DNA of 20,118 nt, taken from positions 1 through 20,118 of the forward strand of contig JALGVI010000077.1 in the NCBI GenBank assembly GCA_029838215.1, read 5' to 3'. Every line of letters begins with the position of its first letter. Position 1 is the stretch's first letter. Shown one piece after another: positions 8,614-16,342 of the stretch. The notes under the pieces are model-generated. The model ran no database searches. It saw nothing but the letters and a program-made list of their open reading frames with translations, and had not been told where the DNA came from. A program made the position numbers and the translations under genes. This DNA comes from Candidatus Helarchaeota archaeon. GTDB lineage: Archaea > Asgardarchaeota > Lokiarchaeia > Helarchaeales > RDOG01.

Positions 8614-8901
8614 TTCACGTTATATAATGATATTTCAATGCGATATTTTTTAAGCTATTTACATTAGCATTGATGGGTTTTTTAAAGTCGGGATGATGGA
8701 ACCACTTGCCTGTCTTGAGTTTGTAACTTTTTTGACAGGGTGTCCCCATTTATTCACCCTTGCTTATATCAAAATGCCATAACATCTCCCTTATTGCGTC
8801 TTTTTTCTGGACTGCTTTTGAATTCCATCGATGAGAGTCGAACCTGAACTACAAGCACTGCAATGAAATAAAAATTGATGATGGATTAATAATTCATTAA
8901 A

Positions 8902-10338
8902 CTAAATAAATCCGTAATCATCCTCATCATAAAAACGAGCTTTAACTTTTGGTTCATATAGCTTTATTCGAGATTCATAAAGACCGGGAGCCTTGAGTAG
9001 ATAATCGTCGAGTTTCGATATCAAATAGGCATGAGACGAAGAGTGTTTTACCTGAAAATAGGCTTTTATTTGGCCCAATTCTTCCTTTGAGAGTTCGGCT
9101 AGACCATCCCAACTAGATGGATAACCCAAAACTTCAAGCTCCTGCATTCCTTTAATTATTTGCTCGGTTTTATCACGATTCAGAATGAATACTTGAAGAT
9201 ACCAGCGAAAAATAGGTGTTTTATACTTGTAATGGCGAGATACTTGAGATCCTCCTTTAAAATTCGTGAATAGCTCGACCTGATTTTGGAGTGCTTGAAA
9301 TATCGGGGCATTTTGCGTCCTCGGAATATATCCCAACTTGTTATTTTGGTACCACACACTTACGGCTTGCGAATCATGAGGATTGTCAGGCTCCGCTATT
9401 AAAGCCAGACTAGTTTGTAGAGGAATCTGTGATAATAAGTCTTGGTTACCAGTATAATAACTTCCAACAATCTGTGTATTGATTATATCCAGTGGTAAAG
9501 GAATGGACAGTTTTCGAATGGGAATTTGAGCCGTTAGATATTGTTTATGAAGAGAATATAGACGTGTTCCTGGATTGTGTTTTTTATTACATCGAGGACA
9601 AGTATAAGGAACATGCTCATTGGCATAAAGTTCTTCCATCTTTTCTAGAGTATCTTGGTATAATCCTTGCCTATCGGTTGTTAAAATGGTAAATATTTTA
9701 TCCATCATTTCTTCTAATTGTTCTATTTCGTCCTGAGCATTTAAATGACGACCATTCTTAGGATCCGGAGGTAATGAGAAATGAAGCTCTGCACAGGAAA
9801 TACAAAAATTGGTTTGACACGTATCGCAGATCTTGCTACAACCAGGGCAAATTACTTTCCCGCATGAATTACAGTTAATTTCATGTTTATTGCAAACAGC
9901 GTTTTCACAAACCTGACAAATCGACGAAGAAGAAGGACAAAAATATCGTTTACACTTTATGCACTTGTTTCCACATTGCTTGCAAATTGTCGTCTTGCAA
10001 TGATTACAGGTTTTTGCACATGAATGACAGATTTGTTGGTGGCAAAAATCACAGGTCTGGATTTCGCAAGAAGGACACATGACATCATGACAAACGGAAC
10101 ATTCAAGGGCACAATAATCACAATAATAAGTATCGCACCTAAAACACCGATGAAATAGGTAAAACGTTTCCCCATTCTTCATCGCATCTAATATCGCAGA
10201 TGAATAGTCATTTAAATTATGTTCCTTTTCACAATTTGGACATATTCGAATATCAGAATAATCATGTCGCCACATCTGACCTCCCCATTTTTCATTACTC
10301 GGAATTTTAGAATTATCTAATGATTGGATAAAAATCAA
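8902..10338 (-). CDS. Cys-rich tandem zinc-repeat protein with HIRAN domain
   Basis: Eight CxxC-x4-CxxC units (aa 65-182). HIRAN signature TQIVGSYY..LALIAEPDNPHDSQAVSVW..KLGYIPR (aa ~286-385). Confidence 0.8.
   Translation of the reverse strand: MIFIQSLDNSKIPSNEKWGGQMWRHDYSDIRICPNCEKEHNLNDYSSAILDAMKNGETFYLFHRCFRCDTYYCDYCALECSVCHDVMCPSCEIQTCDFCHQQICHSCAKTCNHCKTTICKQCGNKCIKCKRYFCPSSSSICQVCENAVCNKHEINCNSCGKVICPGCSKICDTCQTNFCISCAELHFSLPPDPKNGRHLNAQDEIEQLEEMMDKIFTILTTDRQGLYQDTLEKMEELYANEHVPYTCPRCNKKHNPGTRLYSLHKQYLTAQIPIRKLSIPLPLDIINTQIVGSYYTGNQDLLSQIPLQTSLALIAEPDNPHDSQAVSVWYQNNKLGYIPRTQNAPIFQALQNQVELFTNFKGGSQVSRHYKYKTPIFRWYLQVFILNRDKTEQIIKGMQELEVLGYPSSWDGLAELSKEELGQIKAYFQVKHSSSHAYLISKLDDYLLKAPGLYESRIKLYEPKVKARFYDEDDYGFI
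9793..10146 (-). repeat. Eight 15-16-aa Cys4 repeats (protein-level tandem repeat)
   Basis: CFRCDTYYCDYCALE / CSVCHDVMCPSCEIQT / CDFCHQQICHSCAKT / CNHCKTTICKQCGNK / CIKCKRYFCPSSSSI / CQVCENAVCNKHEIN / CNSCGKVICPGCSKI / CDTCQTNFCISC. Diverged at the DNA level. Confidence 0.9.
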
Positions 10339-10453
10339 ATTTTTAAAGACAACGATCTCAACGAGTGATCATCAAATTACAGGAAAATCAACTTTAATTA
10401 AGAATAGTTTTGATTTAAATATGAAATTACGTTAGAAAAACAAGGATCAGTTA

Positions 10454-10470
10454 TGCATCATATTGATGCA
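10454..10470. promoter_or_regulatory. Perfect 7-3-7 palindrome, candidate operator
   Basis: TGCATCA-TAT-TGATGCA between the TATA-like TTTAAATA (10414-10421) and SD GGAGTGA (10486-10492). Confidence 0.4.
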
Positions 10471-10496
10471 GGAATCTAGAGAAATGGAGTGATATA

Positions 10497-10973
10497 ATGA
10501 CAGAAGAACTTCCTAATAAAGATATTCCACGACCGCTTTTTGATTTCATTTACATGTCCATTCAGACTTCATGGGGCGATAAAAAGCAGGTAAATTTTAC
10601 TAAATTGGCTAAAGAAATGGCGAAAAATTTCCTTGAAAGATATCCCGATACGAAGGATCTTCACGCTCTAGCTAAAAATTTTAATATTTTTATCAAAAAT
10701 GATTTGAAGATGTCGGAGAATAAAATGTCTTTCACGAGGGAAGGAAATAAAGGTACCTTCAGGAGTCATTGTGACAATTGCATGATTTGTTTCACGAACA
10801 AGAAACTGAAAGAAAAATACGGTCCAGAGGGTGCGGGATGTTGGATCCCGGGTTTAACCATGACCTTACTAAAGAAAATCGAACCGAACATTTCAAAAAT
10901 TGATTGGACAGTCAATGAAAAACCAAAGACTGGAGAATGCATCTTGGAATACGAAATCACGTTTCGAAATTAA
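10497..10973 (+). CDS. V4R/MetOD1-like small ligand- or metal-binding domain protein
   Basis: Helical N-half followed by HCDNCMIC..GCWIPG..GECILEY (C92, C95, C98, C115, C148). Strong SD GGAGTGA. Confidence 0.55.
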   Translation: MTEELPNKDIPRPLFDFIYMSIQTSWGDKKQVNFTKLAKEMAKNFLERYPDTKDLHALAKNFNIFIKNDLKMSENKMSFTREGNKGTFRSHCDNCMICFTNKKLKEKYGPEGAGCWIPGLTMTLLKKIEPNISKIDWTVNEKPKTGECILEYEITFRN

Positions 10974-10990
10974 AAGAAATCATTCTCATT

Positions 10991-11010
10991 ATTATTTTTT
11001 TAAAAATAAT
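10991..11010. terminator. Putative bidirectional T-tract terminator between convergent genes
   Basis: ATTATTTTT-TT-AAAAATAAT, a 9-bp AT-only inverted repeat giving a T-run on each strand. Confidence 0.45.
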
Positions 11011-11041
11011 TCTAAAATTGTAATGAACGTAAAAAAACGAT

Positions 11042-11746
11042 TTATTTCTTGGTATTGAATGTTTTTTGAATATCCTTCTCGAATTCCTTCCGCTTGAATT
11101 CAAGCTCGCTTCGAAGGATTTGAATGCTCTGCCTCTTGATCAGGCTATTTAACTTGAGTAGGTCGTGCTTGATGGCAAACTCCAAATTTTCTTCGAGATA
11201 ATCCAGCTGCTTTTTTAATTCCACGCGTGCAACATCTTCATTTTCATAGGTGTTTCGAATTAAATCTTCGTAACACTCGCCATTTGAACATAGAAGTTGG
11301 CGCGTGCTGATGACTCGTGTGACAAGACTTCTTTTTATCCGTTCCAAGAGCTCGGGAAACTTTTCGTGATAATGCTTGCACCTGATGTAGGATAGGTCAT
11401 TTTCCTTGAATTTATCAAAATATCCTTCGATTATTTGGGCAGGCGTTATCTTTCGAGAAGCAGCTTCAAGATAGACATCAATAGTGTTAATTGTTTTTTC
11501 ACGTATATCAGGAGTTAAGAAGAAGTCATAAACGAGACCTGCAATGGGATTTACAAAAAAGCCCACGATGCCTTTATAAAAATGCTTGACTTGCTTTTGA
11601 ATTTGCTTCAGTTCATTATCCAGCTCAACGATCCAATAGTCTCGAAGTATTTTAGTATTTTTCTTGATGAGATCATGGTCTGCTACTAATTCAGCTTCTC
11701 CAATTTCGCATTTTTCCATGTCGTATTTCTCCAGCATGTTGCTCAC
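11042..11746 (-). CDS. Hypothetical alpha-helical protein
   Basis: 234-codon ORF with natural composition and GTG start (ATG alternative at 11737), 28 nt downstream of tes. Hydrophobic segment at aa 56-77; no family recognised. Confidence 0.7.
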   Translation of the reverse strand: MSNMLEKYDMEKCEIGEAELVADHDLIKKNTKILRDYWIVELDNELKQIQKQVKHFYKGIVGFFVNPIAGLVYDFFLTPDIREKTINTIDVYLEAASRKITPAQIIEGYFDKFKENDLSYIRCKHYHEKFPELLERIKRSLVTRVISTRQLLCSNGECYEDLIRNTYENEDVARVELKKQLDYLEENLEFAIKHDLLKLNSLIKRQSIQILRSELEFKRKEFEKDIQKTFNTKK

Positions 11747-11774
11747 GTATCCGAAAAAAATAAAAAAATGGAAT

Positions 11775-13484
11775 TTATCCCGTAAATTCAGTCGAAATCG
11801 TTACGGGAGCCAGTTCTTGCTGGAGCTCTGCGTTTTTCTTTTCGAATACAGGACGATGGATCGTGTTGAAAGTGCAGAAGGGAACTCGAAATACCTTGTC
11901 TTTCTCGCGATCATATATTCCGTAATGTACCAAGCAACGCGAAACGCGTTCCGTGTTCATGTTGTAAGCATCTTGAAAATGCATGCAAGAAACCAATAAA
12001 GAATTCTGTCGCAGGAAGTTTGCAGCGCTATCCCAACCGGGTTGAAGTATGACATTGGAGAATTTTAACATTGTTTCGATGAGATTTTTAGGATCATCAA
12101 GCCGAATATTTGGAAGAACACTAACGAAGAATCCGTATTTAACGGCTTTTCTAAGCATGAAATGACCCGCTTTATCCAGCATTCTACCGATCATTTTTCC
12201 AATTCCTGTTTGAGCCATCTTTTCAAGTCTTGGCTTTTCGTTTACTAAGTCCTGTTCGTTTAAAAAGTTCCAAATTCGGTCGGCTCGCTCCACGATTTGA
12301 TTTATATTGAAATATTCATCAATAATGTGAATTTTATTATTTTTCGGATCTTTTGCTTTTTCAACAATGCCTATCGTTGCAAATCCGCAATCCTCATGAG
12401 ATGACATTTCAAATGCGGGTTGCTTGTCCACCCATGTAATCATTTTCACGAAGTTGGTCAGTGTTGGTATCGGATAGTATTTCTCGCCAAAATTGCTACC
12501 CCACAGGTCCAACATGTAATTGTTAATATCCGCAAAGAGATCTGTTGCATTATAACGCATTTTTAAGACTTCTTGTTGCGTTATCCGACCACAAAGACTA
12601 ACAGGCTGATACACGACACAGCTAACGACATCTTGGTTTTCTGCGGCGAATTTCAGAATTGGTCCGACTTGATGCTCGTTGATTCCTCGAGCAATTGTAG
12701 GAACCAAAACCACGTCTTTAAAACCCAATTCGCGGCAATTTTCAACGATTTTCATTTTCTTCTCCAAGAGGTCTGCACCGCGTGTTTTGATGTAAACGTT
12801 TGGATCGGTGGCAGAATCAAATTGCCAGTACATGGCATTCATGCCAGCATCAATGATTTCTTGGAGATAATCGATATTCGTAAAGCGAAGTCCGTTGGTC
12901 GTGACCATGCGATGGACGAAGCCCAATTCCTTTGACATTTCAAGGATCTCGGGCAAGTCGTTTCGAACTGTCGGTTCACCACCTGAGATTTGGAGTGCAA
13001 CAGGTGGTAAGGGTTGAATTTCAGGGTCACGGAAATGTTCCATGATCTTACGCAGCTCTTCAATGGTGGGTTCAACCACGTATCCGGTAACATTTGCATT
13101 TGCAAAACATATTGGACACTTTAAATTGCATCGATTCGTGATATCAATTAGACAGATGCACGTGGCAGACTTGTGATTTTCGCATATACCGCAATCATAC
13201 GGACATCCTTTTAGACCCTGTTTTCCGCCCCTATTCGAAAACGGTCCTTCATCAAAATGAGTTTCAGTATCCTGAACAACTTCCCTTGAGAATCTGTGAT
13301 AACCTTTTCGCCAGAGATAGTAATAACTATTCGAGGCTATAATATCTTTAAACTCACCGTGCTCTGGACAGGTTTTTTTCATGTAGATATTATCATCGGA
13401 TTTATCTTCGTAAATTGTTGCTTTAATTTGTTGCAAGCATTCTGGACAAATGGAAGTAGTTTCATGAATGTATGAAGTTGTCAT
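11775..13484 (-). CDS. tes: Tetraether lipid synthase (Tes / GDGT-MAS, MJ0619 family radical SAM)
   Basis: N-terminal CPEC..KTCPEHGEFKDI (C13, C16, C39, H42), CPYDCGICENHKS (C94, C98, C101, H104), radical SAM motif DITNRCNLKCPICFANA, GGEPTVR, TNG, VVLVPT, QPVS, SSHEDCG, SCMHFQDAYN, RCLVHY, PFCTFNTIHR. All are colinear with M. jannaschii MJ0619 as recalled. Confidence 0.88.
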   Translation of the reverse strand: MTTSYIHETTSICPECLQQIKATIYEDKSDDNIYMKKTCPEHGEFKDIIASNSYYYLWRKGYHRFSREVVQDTETHFDEGPFSNRGGKQGLKGCPYDCGICENHKSATCICLIDITNRCNLKCPICFANANVTGYVVEPTIEELRKIMEHFRDPEIQPLPPVALQISGGEPTVRNDLPEILEMSKELGFVHRMVTTNGLRFTNIDYLQEIIDAGMNAMYWQFDSATDPNVYIKTRGADLLEKKMKIVENCRELGFKDVVLVPTIARGINEHQVGPILKFAAENQDVVSCVVYQPVSLCGRITQQEVLKMRYNATDLFADINNYMLDLWGSNFGEKYYPIPTLTNFVKMITWVDKQPAFEMSSHEDCGFATIGIVEKAKDPKNNKIHIIDEYFNINQIVERADRIWNFLNEQDLVNEKPRLEKMAQTGIGKMIGRMLDKAGHFMLRKAVKYGFFVSVLPNIRLDDPKNLIETMLKFSNVILQPGWDSAANFLRQNSLLVSCMHFQDAYNMNTERVSRCLVHYGIYDREKDKVFRVPFCTFNTIHRPVFEKKNAELQQELAPVTISTEFTG

Positions 13485-13539
13485 ATTTCTCTCATCCTAA
13501 AAGAAATTTGAACGATTAATTTTTTCATTTATCTAATTA

Positions 13540-13556
13540 TATTTAAATTTTTGTCC
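13540..13556 (-). promoter_or_regulatory. Putative BRE+TATA of tes
   Basis: Minus strand GGACAAAAA-TTTAAATA, 56 nt upstream of the tes ATG; AGGATGAG SD-like sequence precedes the ATG. Confidence 0.45.
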
Positions 13557-13753
13557 AATTAAAAAATTAATAAGATATATGCTTTTTTTTATTAAAATCT
13601 TTTTAGATCAGGATTTTTTATGAAAAAATATTTGATTTTATCTGCTAAATGGTAAAAAAATTCTTTTGATTTAGTCAATTAAGGCTTTTCTTTTTTTTGA
13701 GAAGTTGTAGGAAAACATATTTTACTTGCTTACACGGATTTGAATGAAAAAAA

Positions 13754-14224
13754 TTATTTTAGGAGATCTTCCGCCGCATATGCCTCAAGAATTTCTCCAA
13801 AAAACAATCGATGAGAACATACGGGAGAAGATTCGGCTTTGTGCATGATTCGGCATTCGTAATTGATGACGGCTTCCGAAATAACGGGGACACTAATGCG
13901 TTTACTTGGTTCCAAAGTGAGTTTCGCCTTGGCAATTTTATCAACGTGACGTCCCGATGCCGCACCTGCAATCGACACGGCAGAACGGATTTTGGGCGAA
14001 GGCACATTCAACGTGAATTCTCCGACTTCTTCCAAAAGTGAAAATGAATATCGACTCGGAGCAACGGCTACCACACATATTGGGGTGCTCCAAAGTTCTC
14101 CAATGGTCTTCCAATCTAAAGCCATCATGTTCGCCTTGTTATTCTGGTCACGTGTCACGAGCAGCGAAGTTTGGTTCAAAGTCAGTTCCGACAATTGATA
14201 AGGATCGATCGTTACTTTTTTCAT
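13754..14224 (-). CDS. Flavin reductase-like FMN-binding protein (flavoredoxin / DIM6-NTAB family)
   Basis: LLVT..ANMMALDW, CVVAVAPSRYS, EFTLNVP, AGAASGRHVDK, PVISEAVINYECRI, HRLFFGEI. Confidence 0.88.
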   Translation of the reverse strand: MKKVTIDPYQLSELTLNQTSLLVTRDQNNKANMMALDWKTIGELWSTPICVVAVAPSRYSFSLLEEVGEFTLNVPSPKIRSAVSIAGAASGRHVDKIAKAKLTLEPSKRISVPVISEAVINYECRIMHKAESSPVCSHRLFFGEILEAYAAEDLLK

Positions 14225-14324
14225 GAACTGAATTTACCAATCTAAGAAAAAAAGCCTTTCGTTTGTTAATCTGATGGCTTTAAATTTATTTATCTCATAA
14301 CTAAGTTGAAAACCTGGTGGTTTA

Positions 14325-14900
14325 ATGGACGTTTATGAAATTTTAAATGAGGCTTACGAGAAATCAGAGAAATTCCTATTCATTAACCTTGACAAGCAGG
14401 GAATTTCTCTAGAGGCATTAATAGAAGAAAAAGGACGGAATCTGGCATTTAATCCTGTATTTTGGGTAACAAAGTCCCATGACATTCAACAACGTGATGT
14501 TTTTAACGAAATTGATAAAATTTTGGAAACAACCACGTCAGTCATTCCGTTTTTCTACATGGAACTCCTGTTAATAGATTTTCCTGAATTTCAAGAATGG
14601 GTTAAAGATAAGGTGCTTTTTCACTACATGCGTTTGGTCCCCGTATTTACAATTACAAACCTTGATAAGTTCACCGCTTGCTTGAAGAAGAAGGAGAATA
14701 GGGAAGTTGCAGTGATTGCTTTAAGGTTGGTGAAAGAATTGGATGCTGATCTGATCAAAATCCTTGATCAGTTGAAGAAAAGCGAGATTTTACACGATTT
14801 AATCATCTTTGTAGATGAGGAGTTGATTGAAAAAAGCGATCCTTCCACGTTCCGAGCAATTCCCTTCCCCATTCATCTCGTGCCAAAGGAGGAAGGATAA
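14325..14900 (+). CDS. Hypothetical alpha/beta protein, first gene of the radical SAM operon
   Basis: 191-codon ORF; its TAA overlaps the next ATG (TAATG); about seven regularly spaced hydrophobic strands. Confidence 0.75.
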   Translation: MDVYEILNEAYEKSEKFLFINLDKQGISLEALIEEKGRNLAFNPVFWVTKSHDIQQRDVFNEIDKILETTTSVIPFFYMELLLIDFPEFQEWVKDKVLFHYMRLVPVFTITNLDKFTACLKKKENREVAVIALRLVKELDADLIKILDQLKKSEILHDLIIFVDEELIEKSDPSTFRAIPFPIHLVPKEEG

Positions 14901-16315
14901 TGATTGCATTGGTGAACGTTCCAAACAAGACACCGTTCTCAAATAGTCGTCAGCCACCGTTAGGAATGGGATACATCTGTAGCTTTCTTCGCTCGAATAA
15001 AGCGGAATGTGATTTGTTCGATCTTGCCGTCTTCCCTATCTCAATCAATAAGGCGGTTGATTTAATCTTGCAAACCAAGCCAGAACTCGTGGGATTCACC
15101 TGTTATGAAACTAATTACTTCATTATACGCGAGTTCTGTAAGCAGATAAAGAGACAAGATCCAAATATCAAGACGGTCATTGGTGGACCGACAAGCACTT
15201 TCGCTTATGAAGACATCCTAAATGATGAATCCCATGTAGATTTTTGTGTTCTTGGAGAAGGCGAACAGACCTTACTGGAATTATGGCAAAATATTAACGG
15301 TAACATCGGCGACCTTCTCGAAATAAAGGGGCTTGCATTCAGGCATGGCGATACACCAATAAAAACCGCCCAAAGACCATTAATTAAAGACTTGGATTCC
15401 ATTCCTTCCCCATACTTGTCGGAAATCTATGACATGAAATATTACGATTCCGCCTACATAACAAATGGAAGGGGATGCCCAAAACAATGCATCTTTTGCA
15501 CGGGCAGTGCACTATTCGGACACACCGTGCGTTTCCACTCACCAGAACGGATTCTTGAGGAAATCGATTACCTCTACAATTTAAATATCAAAAATTTTCT
15601 ATTTTCCGATGACACGGTCACCATATCACGAAAACAAATCAACAGCATTCTCGATGGATTAGAAAAACGCGGTCATGATATTTCTTGGCACGCACAAACC
15701 AGGATTGACCAGATTTCTAAGGAAATGCTGGAAAGAATGAAAAAAGTTGGTTTGAAATTCCTTAGCTTTGGATTGGAAAGTGCCGATCCCTTTATTTTAA
15801 AAACCATCAAAAAGGTCCGAACTCACGGTGAAGGAGTTCAACTAGAGGAAAAGCACCTCCAAAAATTCGAAGTGGTCTTTCAATGGTTAAAGGACCTCAA
15901 GATTCTAGGAATGGTGGGCGTGATTTTAGGAAATCCTTACGAGTCAACAAAACATCTAGAAAAAACCATTAATTACCTCAAGAAAATCGAACGCAAGTAT
16001 GGTATAAAACATGCTATAAATGTCCTCGTTCCCCTGACAGGTACTGAAGTTTTCAAAAAACATCGTGAGTTTCAAATGGTAATCAAAAAAGATGCAAATT
16101 TTCTCTTGCCCTATAAAATTAAGAAATTTTCAGCAACGTCAATCGAGGAAATAATAGAATTTCGAAAGAAGCTATTAACCGATTACAGCCTTTTCGTTTG
16201 GAACGAACCGTGGGATAAATCACTCAGTGTTTTCGAAAAAATCACGGAGAAGTCTCGATTTCAACTTTCCAGAGAAACATATTACGATTTTTTAAGAAGA
16301 GACTTCGAAAAATGA
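14900..16315 (+). CDS. Cobalamin-binding radical SAM protein (class B-like)
   Basis: B12-binding domain QPPLGMGYI..LVGFTC..VIGGP..DFCVLGEGE. NGRGCPKQCIFC (C193, C197, C200), FSDD, QTRID, FGLES. SD AAGGAGG at 14886-14892. Confidence 0.92.
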   Translation: MIALVNVPNKTPFSNSRQPPLGMGYICSFLRSNKAECDLFDLAVFPISINKAVDLILQTKPELVGFTCYETNYFIIREFCKQIKRQDPNIKTVIGGPTSTFAYEDILNDESHVDFCVLGEGEQTLLELWQNINGNIGDLLEIKGLAFRHGDTPIKTAQRPLIKDLDSIPSPYLSEIYDMKYYDSAYITNGRGCPKQCIFCTGSALFGHTVRFHSPERILEEIDYLYNLNIKNFLFSDDTVTISRKQINSILDGLEKRGHDISWHAQTRIDQISKEMLERMKKVGLKFLSFGLESADPFILKTIKKVRTHGEGVQLEEKHLQKFEVVFQWLKDLKILGMVGVILGNPYESTKHLEKTINYLKKIERKYGIKHAINVLVPLTGTEVFKKHREFQMVIKKDANFLLPYKIKKFSATSIEEIIEFRKKLLTDYSLFVWNEPWDKSLSVFEKITEKSRFQLSRETYYDFLRRDFEK

Positions 16316-16342
16316 TTAATATTCATTAAAAAATAACTTGAG

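Noticed and set aside
8833-8852. GGTTCGACTC on the minus strand, resembling a tRNA T-loop
   Set aside because: Only 2 of 5 T-stem pairs form, and there is no acceptor, D or anticodon arm.
13485-13753. AT-rich region as a replication origin
   Set aside because: No ORB-like repeats with G-strings and no adjacent cdc6/orc1 gene.
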